This document shows, one piece after another, positions 32,632-40,528 of a stretch of DNA of 64,000 nt. Numbering within the stretch: the first letter of the stretch is position 1; each line of letters begins with the position of its first letter. The DNA is taken from assembly GCA_963778655.1 (NCBI GenBank), contig CAVZVA010000005.1, positions 96,001 to 160,000 of the forward strand, given 5' to 3'. Position numbers and translations under genes: made by a program. The notes under the pieces were generated by a model. The model had not been told where the DNA came from and searched no databases. It was given only the letters and a program-made list of their open reading frames with translations. The stretch is from an uncultured delta proteobacterium. GTDB lineage: Bacteria; Myxococcota_A; Polyangia; Polyangiales; JAFGIB01.

Positions 32632-33606
32632 CTACCTATCCTCGCCGGACGAGTCGTCGGTCGTCGGCCCCAGCGCCGCGTCGATCAGCGCGTGCACACG
32701 GACCGCGTAGGCCGAGTCGGGGTAGGCCGCGAGAAAGCGACGTGCGCGCGCATAGGCCGCCAGGCGCGCGTCGTGCCGGTGTTCCTTGAGCAGCGCCTTG
32801 ATCGCCAGGATCTCGCGCTCCTGGGCAAACAAGCCGTGCGGATAATCGCGCGCGTGTTGCTCCGCGAGCTCGAGCGCGCGCACGGGATCTCGTCGCAGCT
32901 GCGCCTGCGAGCGCTGCAGCAGAACCAGCTCGGCCTCGGGTCGCACCCGCTGCGCCGCAGGCCCAAGCGTCGGGGCGCGCCGCGGTGCGCGCCGCGGCCT
33001 GGGCGGCCGGGCCGGCTGCAGCGAGGGGTGCGCGCTGGGCGTCGGGGGCAGACTCTTCGGGGCCGGCGGCTCGGGAGGCGGTGGCAGCGGCAGCGCGTGC
33101 GGCGCAGCTGCCGGCAGCGGCAGCGCCGGCCCGGGATGAAATGCGAACGAAGCGACCAATGCGCCGAGCACGGCCGTGGCCGTGAGCCAGCCCGTGCTGC
33201 CGCCGGGATGCGCGTTGGCGGGCGGATTGGCGGCGCCCCGCTGCAGCTGGCCGGCGACGCGCTGCTCGATCAGCCGAGCCTGCTCGACGCTGCCGTGCTG
33301 CTCGCGCAATCCGCGGATCGCCGCCGCGAGCTCGGGTAGGGCGGGCGACCTGCCGTCGGTCAGGCGGCCGCGCTCGGGCAGGAGGGCCGGCGCCGGGCCC
33401 TGTTGCCACGACGATAGGCTCACCACCCGTCGCACGGCCGCGCGGTGCCGCCGGTACGCCACCGCGGGTGGACAGCCGACGATCGCGGCCACGTCGTCCA
33501 TGTCGAGCTCTTCGACCTCGTACAGCACGAAGACCTCGCGCTGCGCCCATGGCAGCGCCGAGAGCGCGCGCTGCAGCTGGGCCTCGCCGTTGGCTGGGAG
33601 GCTCAT
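32632..33606 (-). CDS. Putative anti-sigma factor: N-terminal sigma4-like domain, TM, Pro-rich linker, TPR-like C-domain
   Basis: ATG overlaps the ECF stop (ATGA, 33603-33606). RALSALPWAQREVFVLYEVEELDMDDVAAIVGCP; TM WLTATAVLGALVASFAF; YPHGLFAQERE..ARRFLAAYPDS. Confidence 0.7.
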   Translation of the reverse strand: MSLPANGEAQLQRALSALPWAQREVFVLYEVEELDMDDVAAIVGCPPAVAYRRHRAAVRRVVSLSSWQQGPAPALLPERGRLTDGRSPALPELAAAIRGLREQHGSVEQARLIEQRVAGQLQRGAANPPANAHPGGSTGWLTATAVLGALVASFAFHPGPALPLPAAAPHALPLPPPPEPPAPKSLPPTPSAHPSLQPARPPRPRRAPRRAPTLGPAAQRVRPEAELVLLQRSQAQLRRDPVRALELAEQHARDYPHGLFAQEREILAIKALLKEHRHDARLAAYARARRFLAAYPDSAYAVRVHALIDAALGPTTDDSSGEDR

Positions 33607-34205
33607 CGCTGGCCTCCCAGCCGGCGGGCCGATGCCTTCAGGCGCTGCAGGCCGGTGCGCAGGCGCGAATAGGCCGTGTCGAGCGGGCACGCCAATAGCT
33701 CGGCGACTTCTTTCATCGGCATGTCCTTCACGAAGTGCAGCACCAGAACCTCGTGCTGCTTGGGTGGCAACTTGCAGAGCGCGCGCTCGAGCGAAGCCCA
33801 GCTCTCCCTGGAGAGCAGCTCGTCCTGGGGTCCCAGCGCGAGCTCCGTCTCTCGCGGGCTTACCCGCAGCGACTCGAGCAGCCTGCCCACGCGCGAGCGC
33901 TGGCGGTGGTAGTCCTTGACCTTGTTGCGGCAGATGCCGCAGATCCACGCCTTCAAGGGTGCGTGTCCTTCGTAGCTCGGGAGCTGCGAGTGAATGGCCA
34001 TGCACACGCGTTGTGCGACGTCCTCGGCGTCCGCTTCGGCCACGCCCAGCCGCCTCACCAGGCCCAGCACGTATCGCCGATAGTCGCGAACCACCTGTCC
34101 GCAGCAGACCGGCGTCGCGGGCGCCGCGGCGGGTGGGCCGGCCGGTGCGTCGAGACCGCGCGCCGGGTCAGCCGGGGGAAGGGCTGGCGGCTCGAGTGGG
34201 CGCAT
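33603..34205 (-). CDS. ECF sigma-70 factor
   Basis: Sigma2 DAEDVAQ..LKAWICGICRN; sigma4 LPPKQHEVLVLH..EVAELLACPLDTAYSRL. Start could be GTG 34277. Confidence 0.88.
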   Translation of the reverse strand: MRPLEPPALPPADPARGLDAPAGPPAAAPATPVCCGQVVRDYRRYVLGLVRRLGVAEADAEDVAQRVCMAIHSQLPSYEGHAPLKAWICGICRNKVKDYHRQRSRVGRLLESLRVSPRETELALGPQDELLSRESWASLERALCKLPPKQHEVLVLHFVKDMPMKEVAELLACPLDTAYSRLRTGLQRLKASARRLGGQR

Positions 34206-34347
34206 GTGTCCCGGGCGGGACGCCCTACGGGCCCGGAGCTCCGGCGGCGCTACGGTCTGAGAGTCGCTGTCGTCCACGAGGCTCGAGTCTCCACTGCGAT
34301 CAAGTTGCCGGCTGTGCGCGTGTCTGTCGAAGATTCGATCCCAGATC

Positions 34348-35556
34348 CTAAAAGCGGGCTCCCAGCCCAAGCTCGGCGCGGGCTTGCACCGGCCCCGACC
34401 GATACCAGCGCGTGGAGCCCGTGCTGGTCTCCACCAGGAAGTCGTTGCGAATCAAGGGCACATCGAACAGCAGCGCGCCACGCAGGTAGGCTGGGCCGGC
34501 CAGGCCGATTCGCAGCACGCTGGCGACGAACGCATCGAGCGCGCGTTGACTCGAGGCCGCGCCATCGTGAACGAAGCCGCTGGGCGCGACGCCCAGCCGG
34601 CCGTACTCACCTCCCGCGCATGCGGCGAGGCTGGACCACAGCGTTTGCAGGCACGCGGCGAGCGAGCCTTTCTCGAGATCGAAGACGACCCGACCCCGTT
34701 GCAGGCTCGCCGTCTTGACCGCACGGGGCTGCGCGCTGAAGCCGAGCTCGACCGACCACCCGCTGCGGGTCGCCAGCGCCGCGTGTACGGCCACACCCAG
34801 CCCCGCGCCCGGAAGCTCGCCCACACCCGCGGTCCCGGAGGCGTCGAGAAAGAGGGCTGCGAAGGGTGAGGAGAACGGCTGGGCGGGGCGATCGGTCGGG
34901 ACGGGGGCCGGGTCGGACCGAGTCAGCTTGGGCTTCCGCAACGGAGGGGGCGCCCAGCGCAGCGCAGGCGGGTCTTTCAGGGCCGGCGCTGCGGCTGGTG
35001 ACGGCGCCGGCGGCGGCGGATCCGGATCGTCGGTGAACAAGCTGGAGAGCAGGGCGCGAGCCTCGGGCGACAGCGGCGTGCCGTTGCCGAAGGTGCCGTC
35101 CGGATCCAAAGCCAGATCGATCGCCAGATCCAACGCGGGCTCGATCACGCTGCAATCGTCGCCGTCGAGCGGCCCGATCTGCCGCCGGCCCACCACCTGG
35201 CCGTCGGGCAGGCTCAGCTCGAGCGTCACCAGCCAGCCCGCTGGATGCGTGATCCGGCGCACATAACCGTCGAGCGACAGCGGTGCGTCACGCGCGCGCT
35301 CGAACAGGATGCGGTGCGCGCGCGTCTCGATGCGGGCCATCAGTTGCGCCGCCGACAGGCAGGCTTCCGCGCCTTCCCCGCGGGTCCAGTTGAGCCCGAG
35401 CCCGTGCGCTTGCGCGGCCGCCGGCGCAGCCGCAATGGCCAGCGCCAGGCTCAACCCCCAGCCCAGCGCCTCGCTCAGCGCGCGAGCCGAGCTGAGCGCA
35501 AGCAACCTTGGGCATGAGCCGAGCTGCCTCGGCTGGCTCGTCGGCGTAACGGACAT
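34348..35556 (-). CDS. Exported, probably outer-membrane protein associated with the ECF sigma
   Basis: Signal peptide (LALAIAAAPAAAQA), Cys pair, Pro linker, amphipathic beta-strands, C-terminal Phe (AELGLGARF). Confidence 0.65.
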   Translation of the reverse strand: MSVTPTSQPRQLGSCPRLLALSSARALSEALGWGLSLALAIAAAPAAAQAHGLGLNWTRGEGAEACLSAAQLMARIETRAHRILFERARDAPLSLDGYVRRITHPAGWLVTLELSLPDGQVVGRRQIGPLDGDDCSVIEPALDLAIDLALDPDGTFGNGTPLSPEARALLSSLFTDDPDPPPPAPSPAAAPALKDPPALRWAPPPLRKPKLTRSDPAPVPTDRPAQPFSSPFAALFLDASGTAGVGELPGAGLGVAVHAALATRSGWSVELGFSAQPRAVKTASLQRGRVVFDLEKGSLAACLQTLWSSLAACAGGEYGRLGVAPSGFVHDGAASSQRALDAFVASVLRIGLAGPAYLRGALLFDVPLIRNDFLVETSTGSTRWYRSGPVQARAELGLGARF

Positions 35557-35831
35557 CCATCCATCTGCCAACCCGACACCCCACGGCAGGCCTGCAGCCC
35601 CACTGTCCTGAATATCGCTCAAAGCAGCAACTCTTGTTGCGGAAAAGATCGGGCCGCGAGCGAACGCGCGCGCGGAGCGATTGGCTGCTTCGGCTAGGCG
35701 TGCATGCGAGGCCTGGGTGCGTGTTCGCCTTGCGACTTTTTCCGACGGCGCGGCGGTCCCACCGGCGACGTGAGCAGCGTGGGAGGTCGGCCCGAACCTG
35801 CGCCGCTGCTCCCGCTGGAAAGGACTGCTCG

Positions 35832-36809
35832 ATGACCGCGTCCAACCGCTTCGCGTTCGCCGTCCACACCCGTCTCTATCGTTGCGCGCTGGCGTGCGCG
35901 TGGTCGCTGCCCTTCGCGGGCTGCGCGAGCAGCGCAAACACGCCGGCGCCCCCGCAGCAGCAAGCCGCCGCCGGCAGCGCCGCGCCCAAGCCGAGCGCGG
36001 CTGCCGGCGCGCAGCCGGATGCGGCGCTGGCGGCCGCCGCCGCGGACGCAAGTACCGACGCGGGCGCGGATTGCGGCACGCCGATCCCGGACGGTGAGCT
36101 GCAGAACAAGGCCAGCGGCCCCAGTGTCTTCGGCCGCGTGGTTGGCGGTGACCTCGGCCTGTTCGACCCGCTCGGAGGCACGGCCTGCGGCGTTGCGGGC
36201 ACCCGCGTGTGCGTGCTGGGAACGAGCAGCTGCACCGATTCCGATCAAGCCGGACAGTACGTGCTCGGAGATCTGACGGTCGGAAGCGACGCGGAGATCA
36301 GCTTCGAGAAGGCGGGCTTCGACTCCGGGATGCGGTTGGTGCAAGTCGACTCCAATCCGATCGACTTGCACGAAACCCGCCTGGTGACCAGCGCCTCGGC
36401 TGCGCAACAGGCCGAGCAAGCCGGGGGGCCCAGGCCGGCGGGGATGGGCTCACTCGTCGTGGCTCCCCTGGCCGCCGGTGAAGCGATCGGCAGCCTCGTG
36501 CTGCCGGGCGGCGTCTCCATCCTGCTGATGCCCGGCGATCGCACGCCGCTCTACTCGCGCGGTGAGATCGAGCCCGGCGGTCTGTCCTCCGATGACCTCG
36601 ACCCGAGCCTTTCGGCCACCCAACCAGGCGGCTGGGGCATCTTCATCGATGTCGAGCCCGGCGACTACGCGCTGCAGATCGAGCGCAACGGCATGCCGTG
36701 CGATCAGTCCCTCCCGGGCTTCGGCTGGGGCTTCGATGACATGGGCAACGTCAAGGTCAAGGTCGTCGCTGGATTCACCACCACGGGCATCACCGCGCTG
36801 TGTCCGTGA
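35832..36809 (+). CDS. Lipoprotein with carboxypeptidase-regulatory-like (transthyretin/Ig-type) domains
   Basis: Lipobox FAGC; VAGTRVCVLG..TDSDQAGQYVL; FIDVEPGDYAL. Confidence 0.65.
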   Translation: MTASNRFAFAVHTRLYRCALACAWSLPFAGCASSANTPAPPQQQAAAGSAAPKPSAAAGAQPDAALAAAAADASTDAGADCGTPIPDGELQNKASGPSVFGRVVGGDLGLFDPLGGTACGVAGTRVCVLGTSSCTDSDQAGQYVLGDLTVGSDAEISFEKAGFDSGMRLVQVDSNPIDLHETRLVTSASAAQQAEQAGGPRPAGMGSLVVAPLAAGEAIGSLVLPGGVSILLMPGDRTPLYSRGEIEPGGLSSDDLDPSLSATQPGGWGIFIDVEPGDYALQIERNGMPCDQSLPGFGWGFDDMGNVKVKVVAGFTTTGITALCP

Positions 36810-36826
36810 AGTGCGGAGGACAGACG

Positions 36827-37813
36827 ATGACGAGCCGGGTCGAAACCGTAGGGGCTCTGGCCGTGCTGCTGATCTCCGGTTGTGCCGCTGGCGATGCACC
36901 GCCTGCCGCGCCCGAAGCGGGGGGGGCCGATTCGTCGAACGACTTGACGCTGGCAGCACCCAAGGACGGCGTGCAGGTGCAAACCGTGGGACACGACATT
37001 CCCGCCGGCGGCGATCAGGAGTGGTGTGAGGTCGTCGAGCTGCCGGACACGCCCGGCCCGACGTTCTTCGTGGGTCGCACGGAGCTGGCGATGACGCCGT
37101 TCAGCCACCACCTGGTCGTCAGTATTGCGCCCGACCAGTCCAAGTCGTTGGAAGACGCCCCCCTGGCTGAGCCCGCTCCGTGCGAAGGGGCGCACAGCTA
37201 CGGCAGCGATCTGGTCACGCTCGCCGCGTCTGCGCAGCCCTACGTGGAGCAGCGGCTGCCCCCGGGCATCGGCTACGAGCTGCGGGCCGGCCAGCGCCTG
37301 CTGTTCGACTACCACACGCTCAACACCAGCTCCCAGTCGATCCACGCCCGGCACCGGCTCAACCTGCACTTCGTCGACCACGTTGACAAGCGCGCGCGGG
37401 TGTTCGGCTTCTACAACCAGTACATCGACATCCCCGCGCACACTGCGCGCAGCTTCAGCGATAGCTGCGCCTTCAAGGACGACCTCCTGATCTGGGCGCT
37501 CACGCGCCACACCCACAGCCACGGTACCGACTTCCGCGTCTTCTGGGCCGGCGGCGAGCACGACGGCGAGCTGATCTGGACCAGCACCGACTGGGAGCAG
37601 GACATCGTGTTCGACTTCCCACAGCCGGTGGTCGTGCCGGCCGGCGTCGGCTTTCGTTGGGAGTGCGCGTTCGATAACACCACCGACGCGCCGTTGCAGT
37701 CCGGCCTGCAGGCCACCGACGAGATGTGCATCCTGTTCGGCGCCTTCGCCGCGGTCGGCGACGACGCCGGCGTCGGCCCTCAGAGCTGCTACCGCGTCAC
37801 GCCCCCGCCCTGA
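36827..37813 (+). CDS. Copper type II ascorbate-dependent monooxygenase-like (PHM/DBH fold) lipoprotein
   Basis: Lipobox ISGC; CuH-type SHH and YHTLN; CuM-type HTH and DEMC. Confidence 0.78.
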   Translation: MTSRVETVGALAVLLISGCAAGDAPPAAPEAGGADSSNDLTLAAPKDGVQVQTVGHDIPAGGDQEWCEVVELPDTPGPTFFVGRTELAMTPFSHHLVVSIAPDQSKSLEDAPLAEPAPCEGAHSYGSDLVTLAASAQPYVEQRLPPGIGYELRAGQRLLFDYHTLNTSSQSIHARHRLNLHFVDHVDKRARVFGFYNQYIDIPAHTARSFSDSCAFKDDLLIWALTRHTHSHGTDFRVFWAGGEHDGELIWTSTDWEQDIVFDFPQPVVVPAGVGFRWECAFDNTTDAPLQSGLQATDEMCILFGAFAAVGDDAGVGPQSCYRVTPPP

Positions 37814-37826
37814 GCGGGTCCGCCCG

Positions 37827-38630
37827 CTACTGGCAGCTGCGAGGTTGGCAGGCGCCGTCCGCGCAATGCAGCGCGACCGGGCCCGCGCAGAACCCGGTCG
37901 CCTGCCAGCTCGGGCAGTCGGCGTCGACTCTGCACGCGGCCGTGCAGATCATCGGCTGCGGAGCCGGCGGCCCGAATGACGGCGGCGCTTGCACGGCCAT
38001 GCAAGCCATCGGCGCCTGGCACGCGCTCTGGTCCTGCATGCAGTCCTGGCCGAAGGTCGCCGGCTGGTTGGGATCGACGGCGTCGCACGAGCAGCCGCCC
38101 TGCGCCACCTCGGCGACCTGCCACTCGCCGTCGCGCTGCGTGAAGCTGCCCTCGCACGCGTATTGGCTGACGTCCTGGCAGGAAGAAGGGCCACGCGGCG
38201 CGGTCGGGTCGCAGCTGCAGCCGCTGCGTTGCTTGTAGTCGTCGCAGAAGATCTGACTCGAGACCGGGCACGGGTCGCTCAGCAGGGCCTGGCCGTCGGC
38301 TTGACGCGGCACGTGGTCGGGCAGCGGCGGGCTTCCGGGCGGCGGCACCAGGTAGAGGTGATCGCCCAGGATCACGCAGCTGGCGCGCTTGCAGTCGAGG
38401 CCGTCCTCGAAGCTGACGTCCACGCGATCGGGCAGCGGCGCGGCGCGATCCAGAATCCCGACGCTGGTGAGGGCCCGGCCCTGAGCCGTGACCGAGGCTT
38501 CGGCCGGACGGACCACGGACACTGTCTGCGGCGCGGCGCCGAGCGTCCACGCCTGGAGCTCGTAGCCGCCGTCGTCGAGGAAGTACCCGCCGCTCAGCAC
38601 CCCGACGCTGGTCAGGAGTCTTGCCACCAC
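37827..38630 (-). CDS. Cys-rich hypothetical protein
   Basis: About 20 Cys, including two GCSCD motifs; GGAGGAGG RBS and a sigma70-like promoter upstream. Confidence 0.65.
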   Translation of the reverse strand: MVARLLTSVGVLSGGYFLDDGGYELQAWTLGAAPQTVSVVRPAEASVTAQGRALTSVGILDRAAPLPDRVDVSFEDGLDCKRASCVILGDHLYLVPPPGSPPLPDHVPRQADGQALLSDPCPVSSQIFCDDYKQRSGCSCDPTAPRGPSSCQDVSQYACEGSFTQRDGEWQVAEVAQGGCSCDAVDPNQPATFGQDCMQDQSACQAPMACMAVQAPPSFGPPAPQPMICTAACRVDADCPSWQATGFCAGPVALHCADGACQPRSCQ

Positions 38631-38654
38631 CAGCCTCCTCCCGAGCTTCGCTCC

Positions 38655-38682
38655 AATCTACCGCTCGCGCGGCACGTGGCAA
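38655..38682 (-). promoter_or_regulatory. Putative sigma70 promoter
   Basis: Minus strand TTGCCA-N16-TAGATT upstream of the RBS of 37827-38630. Confidence 0.45.
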
Positions 38683-38835
38683 GCGCTGGCCGCCCGAGCG
38701 CGCGAGCTGAGGAGCTTGGTCGCGCCAAGCGCGACAGCGCGCCGGGGCCTGCAATCCCGGTTTTCAGGCGCGCCTCCCCGTGCCAAGCTGTGCCACCGCG
38801 GGCCACGGCGGCCCGCCGCAGCGAGGCCGAGCACG

Positions 38836-39714
38836 ATGGGTACCTTCGCAGGCGCATGGACCGCCTTGGTCACTCCCTTTCGCGAGGACGCGCTCGACGA
38901 GCGCGCGCTGCGCGAGCTGGTCGAGGACCAGATCCAAAAGGGCATCGACGGCCTGGTGCCGTGCGGCACCACCGGCGAGAGCGTGAGCCTGAGTCACGCC
39001 GAGTACGCCCGCGCGATCGCCGTGACCGTGGAGCAAGCCAAGGGCCGCGTGTCGGTGGTGGCGGGCGCGGGCAGCGCCTCCACCCGCCACGCGATCGAGC
39101 TCGCCACCGCGGCCAAGGCCGCGGGCGCGGACGGCTTGCTGGTGGTCGCCCCGTACTACGTGCGCCCCTCGCAGGAAGGGCTGTACGCGCACTTCAAGGC
39201 GATCGCCGGCGCGGTCGATCTGCCGATCGTGCTCTACAACATCCCGGTCCGCTGCGGGGTCGATGTGTCGCTCGGGACGCTGGAGCGCCTGGCCGAGCTG
39301 CCCTCGATCGTCGCCATCAAGGAGGCCAGCGGCAACGTCATCCGCAGCGCGGACATCGCGGCGCGGCTGGGCGACCGCTACACCATCCTCTCCGGCGACG
39401 ACGGGCTGACGCTCCCGATTATGGCCGTCGGCGGCCAGGGTGTGATCAGCGTGGCCTCGAACCTGCTGCCCGGCGAGGTGGCCCGCGTGGTGCACCTGTT
39501 CCGTGACGGCGACCTGGCCGGCGCGCGCGCCCTGTCGCAGCGGCTGCGGCCGCTGTACGAGGTGCTGTTCGTCGAGCCCAGCCCGGGCCCGATCAAGGCG
39601 GCGCTCGCGCTGTGCGGGCGCATCGCGCCGGAGATCAGGCTGCCGCTGGTGATGCCGAGCGCCGGCGCTCAGGCACAGCTGCGGGCAGTGCTGCAGACGC
39701 TGGGGTTGCCATGA
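38836..39714 (+). CDS. dapA: 4-hydroxy-tetrahydrodipicolinate synthase
   Basis: TALVTPF, CGTTGES, LYNIP, IKEASG, LSGDD. Confidence 0.96.
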   Translation: MGTFAGAWTALVTPFREDALDERALRELVEDQIQKGIDGLVPCGTTGESVSLSHAEYARAIAVTVEQAKGRVSVVAGAGSASTRHAIELATAAKAAGADGLLVVAPYYVRPSQEGLYAHFKAIAGAVDLPIVLYNIPVRCGVDVSLGTLERLAELPSIVAIKEASGNVIRSADIAARLGDRYTILSGDDGLTLPIMAVGGQGVISVASNLLPGEVARVVHLFRDGDLAGARALSQRLRPLYEVLFVEPSPGPIKAALALCGRIAPEIRLPLVMPSAGAQAQLRAVLQTLGLP

Positions 39715-40517
39715 CCGCAATCGCTGTCCACGGCGCCGCCGGGCGCATGGGTCGCACCGTGCTCGAGGTGCTGCTCGAGGATCCGCACGCGCGCCTGGTG
39801 GCGGCCGTGGATCGCCCCGGCCACGCTGCGCTCGGCCACGACGCGGCGCTGCTGATCGGCCGTGCCGAGCCGCTCAAGCTGCCCCTCAGCGAGGATCTGG
39901 ACGCGGCGCTGGCCGAGGCCCAGGTGGTGATCGACTTCAGCTCGTCCGACGCCTGCCGCACGCTGCTCGAGCGCTGCGCCAAGGCACGCGTGGCGGCGGT
40001 GGTGGGCACCACCGGCATGGACGCCGCGTGCCAGGACGCGCTGCATGCGCTGAGTCAGGTGGCGCCGGTGGTGTACGCGCCGAACTTCAGCGTCGGCGTC
40101 AACGTGCTGTGGGCGCTCGCTGACGAGGCCGTGCGCCTGCTCGGCCCCGAGTTCGACCCCGAGATCGTGGAGATGCACCACAAGCACAAGGTCGACGCGC
40201 CCAGCGGCACCGCCGTGCGGCTGATCGAGGTGGTGGCACGGGCTCGCGGACTGGACCCCGCGCGCGCCGGAGTGCCGGGCCGTAGCGGCCAGGTCGGCGC
40301 GCGGCGCAGCGACGAGATCGGCGTGCACGCGCTGCGCGGTGGCGATGTGGTGGGCGACCACACGCTGGTGCTGGCGGGCCCGGGCGAGCGGCTCGAGCTC
40401 ACGCACCGCGCGCACGGGCGTCAGATCTTCGCGCGGGGCGCCTTGCGCGCGGCCCACTGGGTGGTCAGCCAGCCCCCCGGCTCATATGACATGGCCGACG
40501 TGCTCGGCATTCGATAA
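39711..40517 (+). CDS. dapB: 4-hydroxy-tetrahydrodipicolinate reductase
   Basis: GAAGRMG, VGTTG, EMHHKHKVDAPSGTA; ATGA overlap with dapA. Confidence 0.96.
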   Translation: MTAIAVHGAAGRMGRTVLEVLLEDPHARLVAAVDRPGHAALGHDAALLIGRAEPLKLPLSEDLDAALAEAQVVIDFSSSDACRTLLERCAKARVAAVVGTTGMDAACQDALHALSQVAPVVYAPNFSVGVNVLWALADEAVRLLGPEFDPEIVEMHHKHKVDAPSGTAVRLIEVVARARGLDPARAGVPGRSGQVGARRSDEIGVHALRGGDVVGDHTLVLAGPGERLELTHRAHGRQIFARGALRAAHWVVSQPPGSYDMADVLGIR

Positions 40518-40528
40518 GCTCTGCCGCG

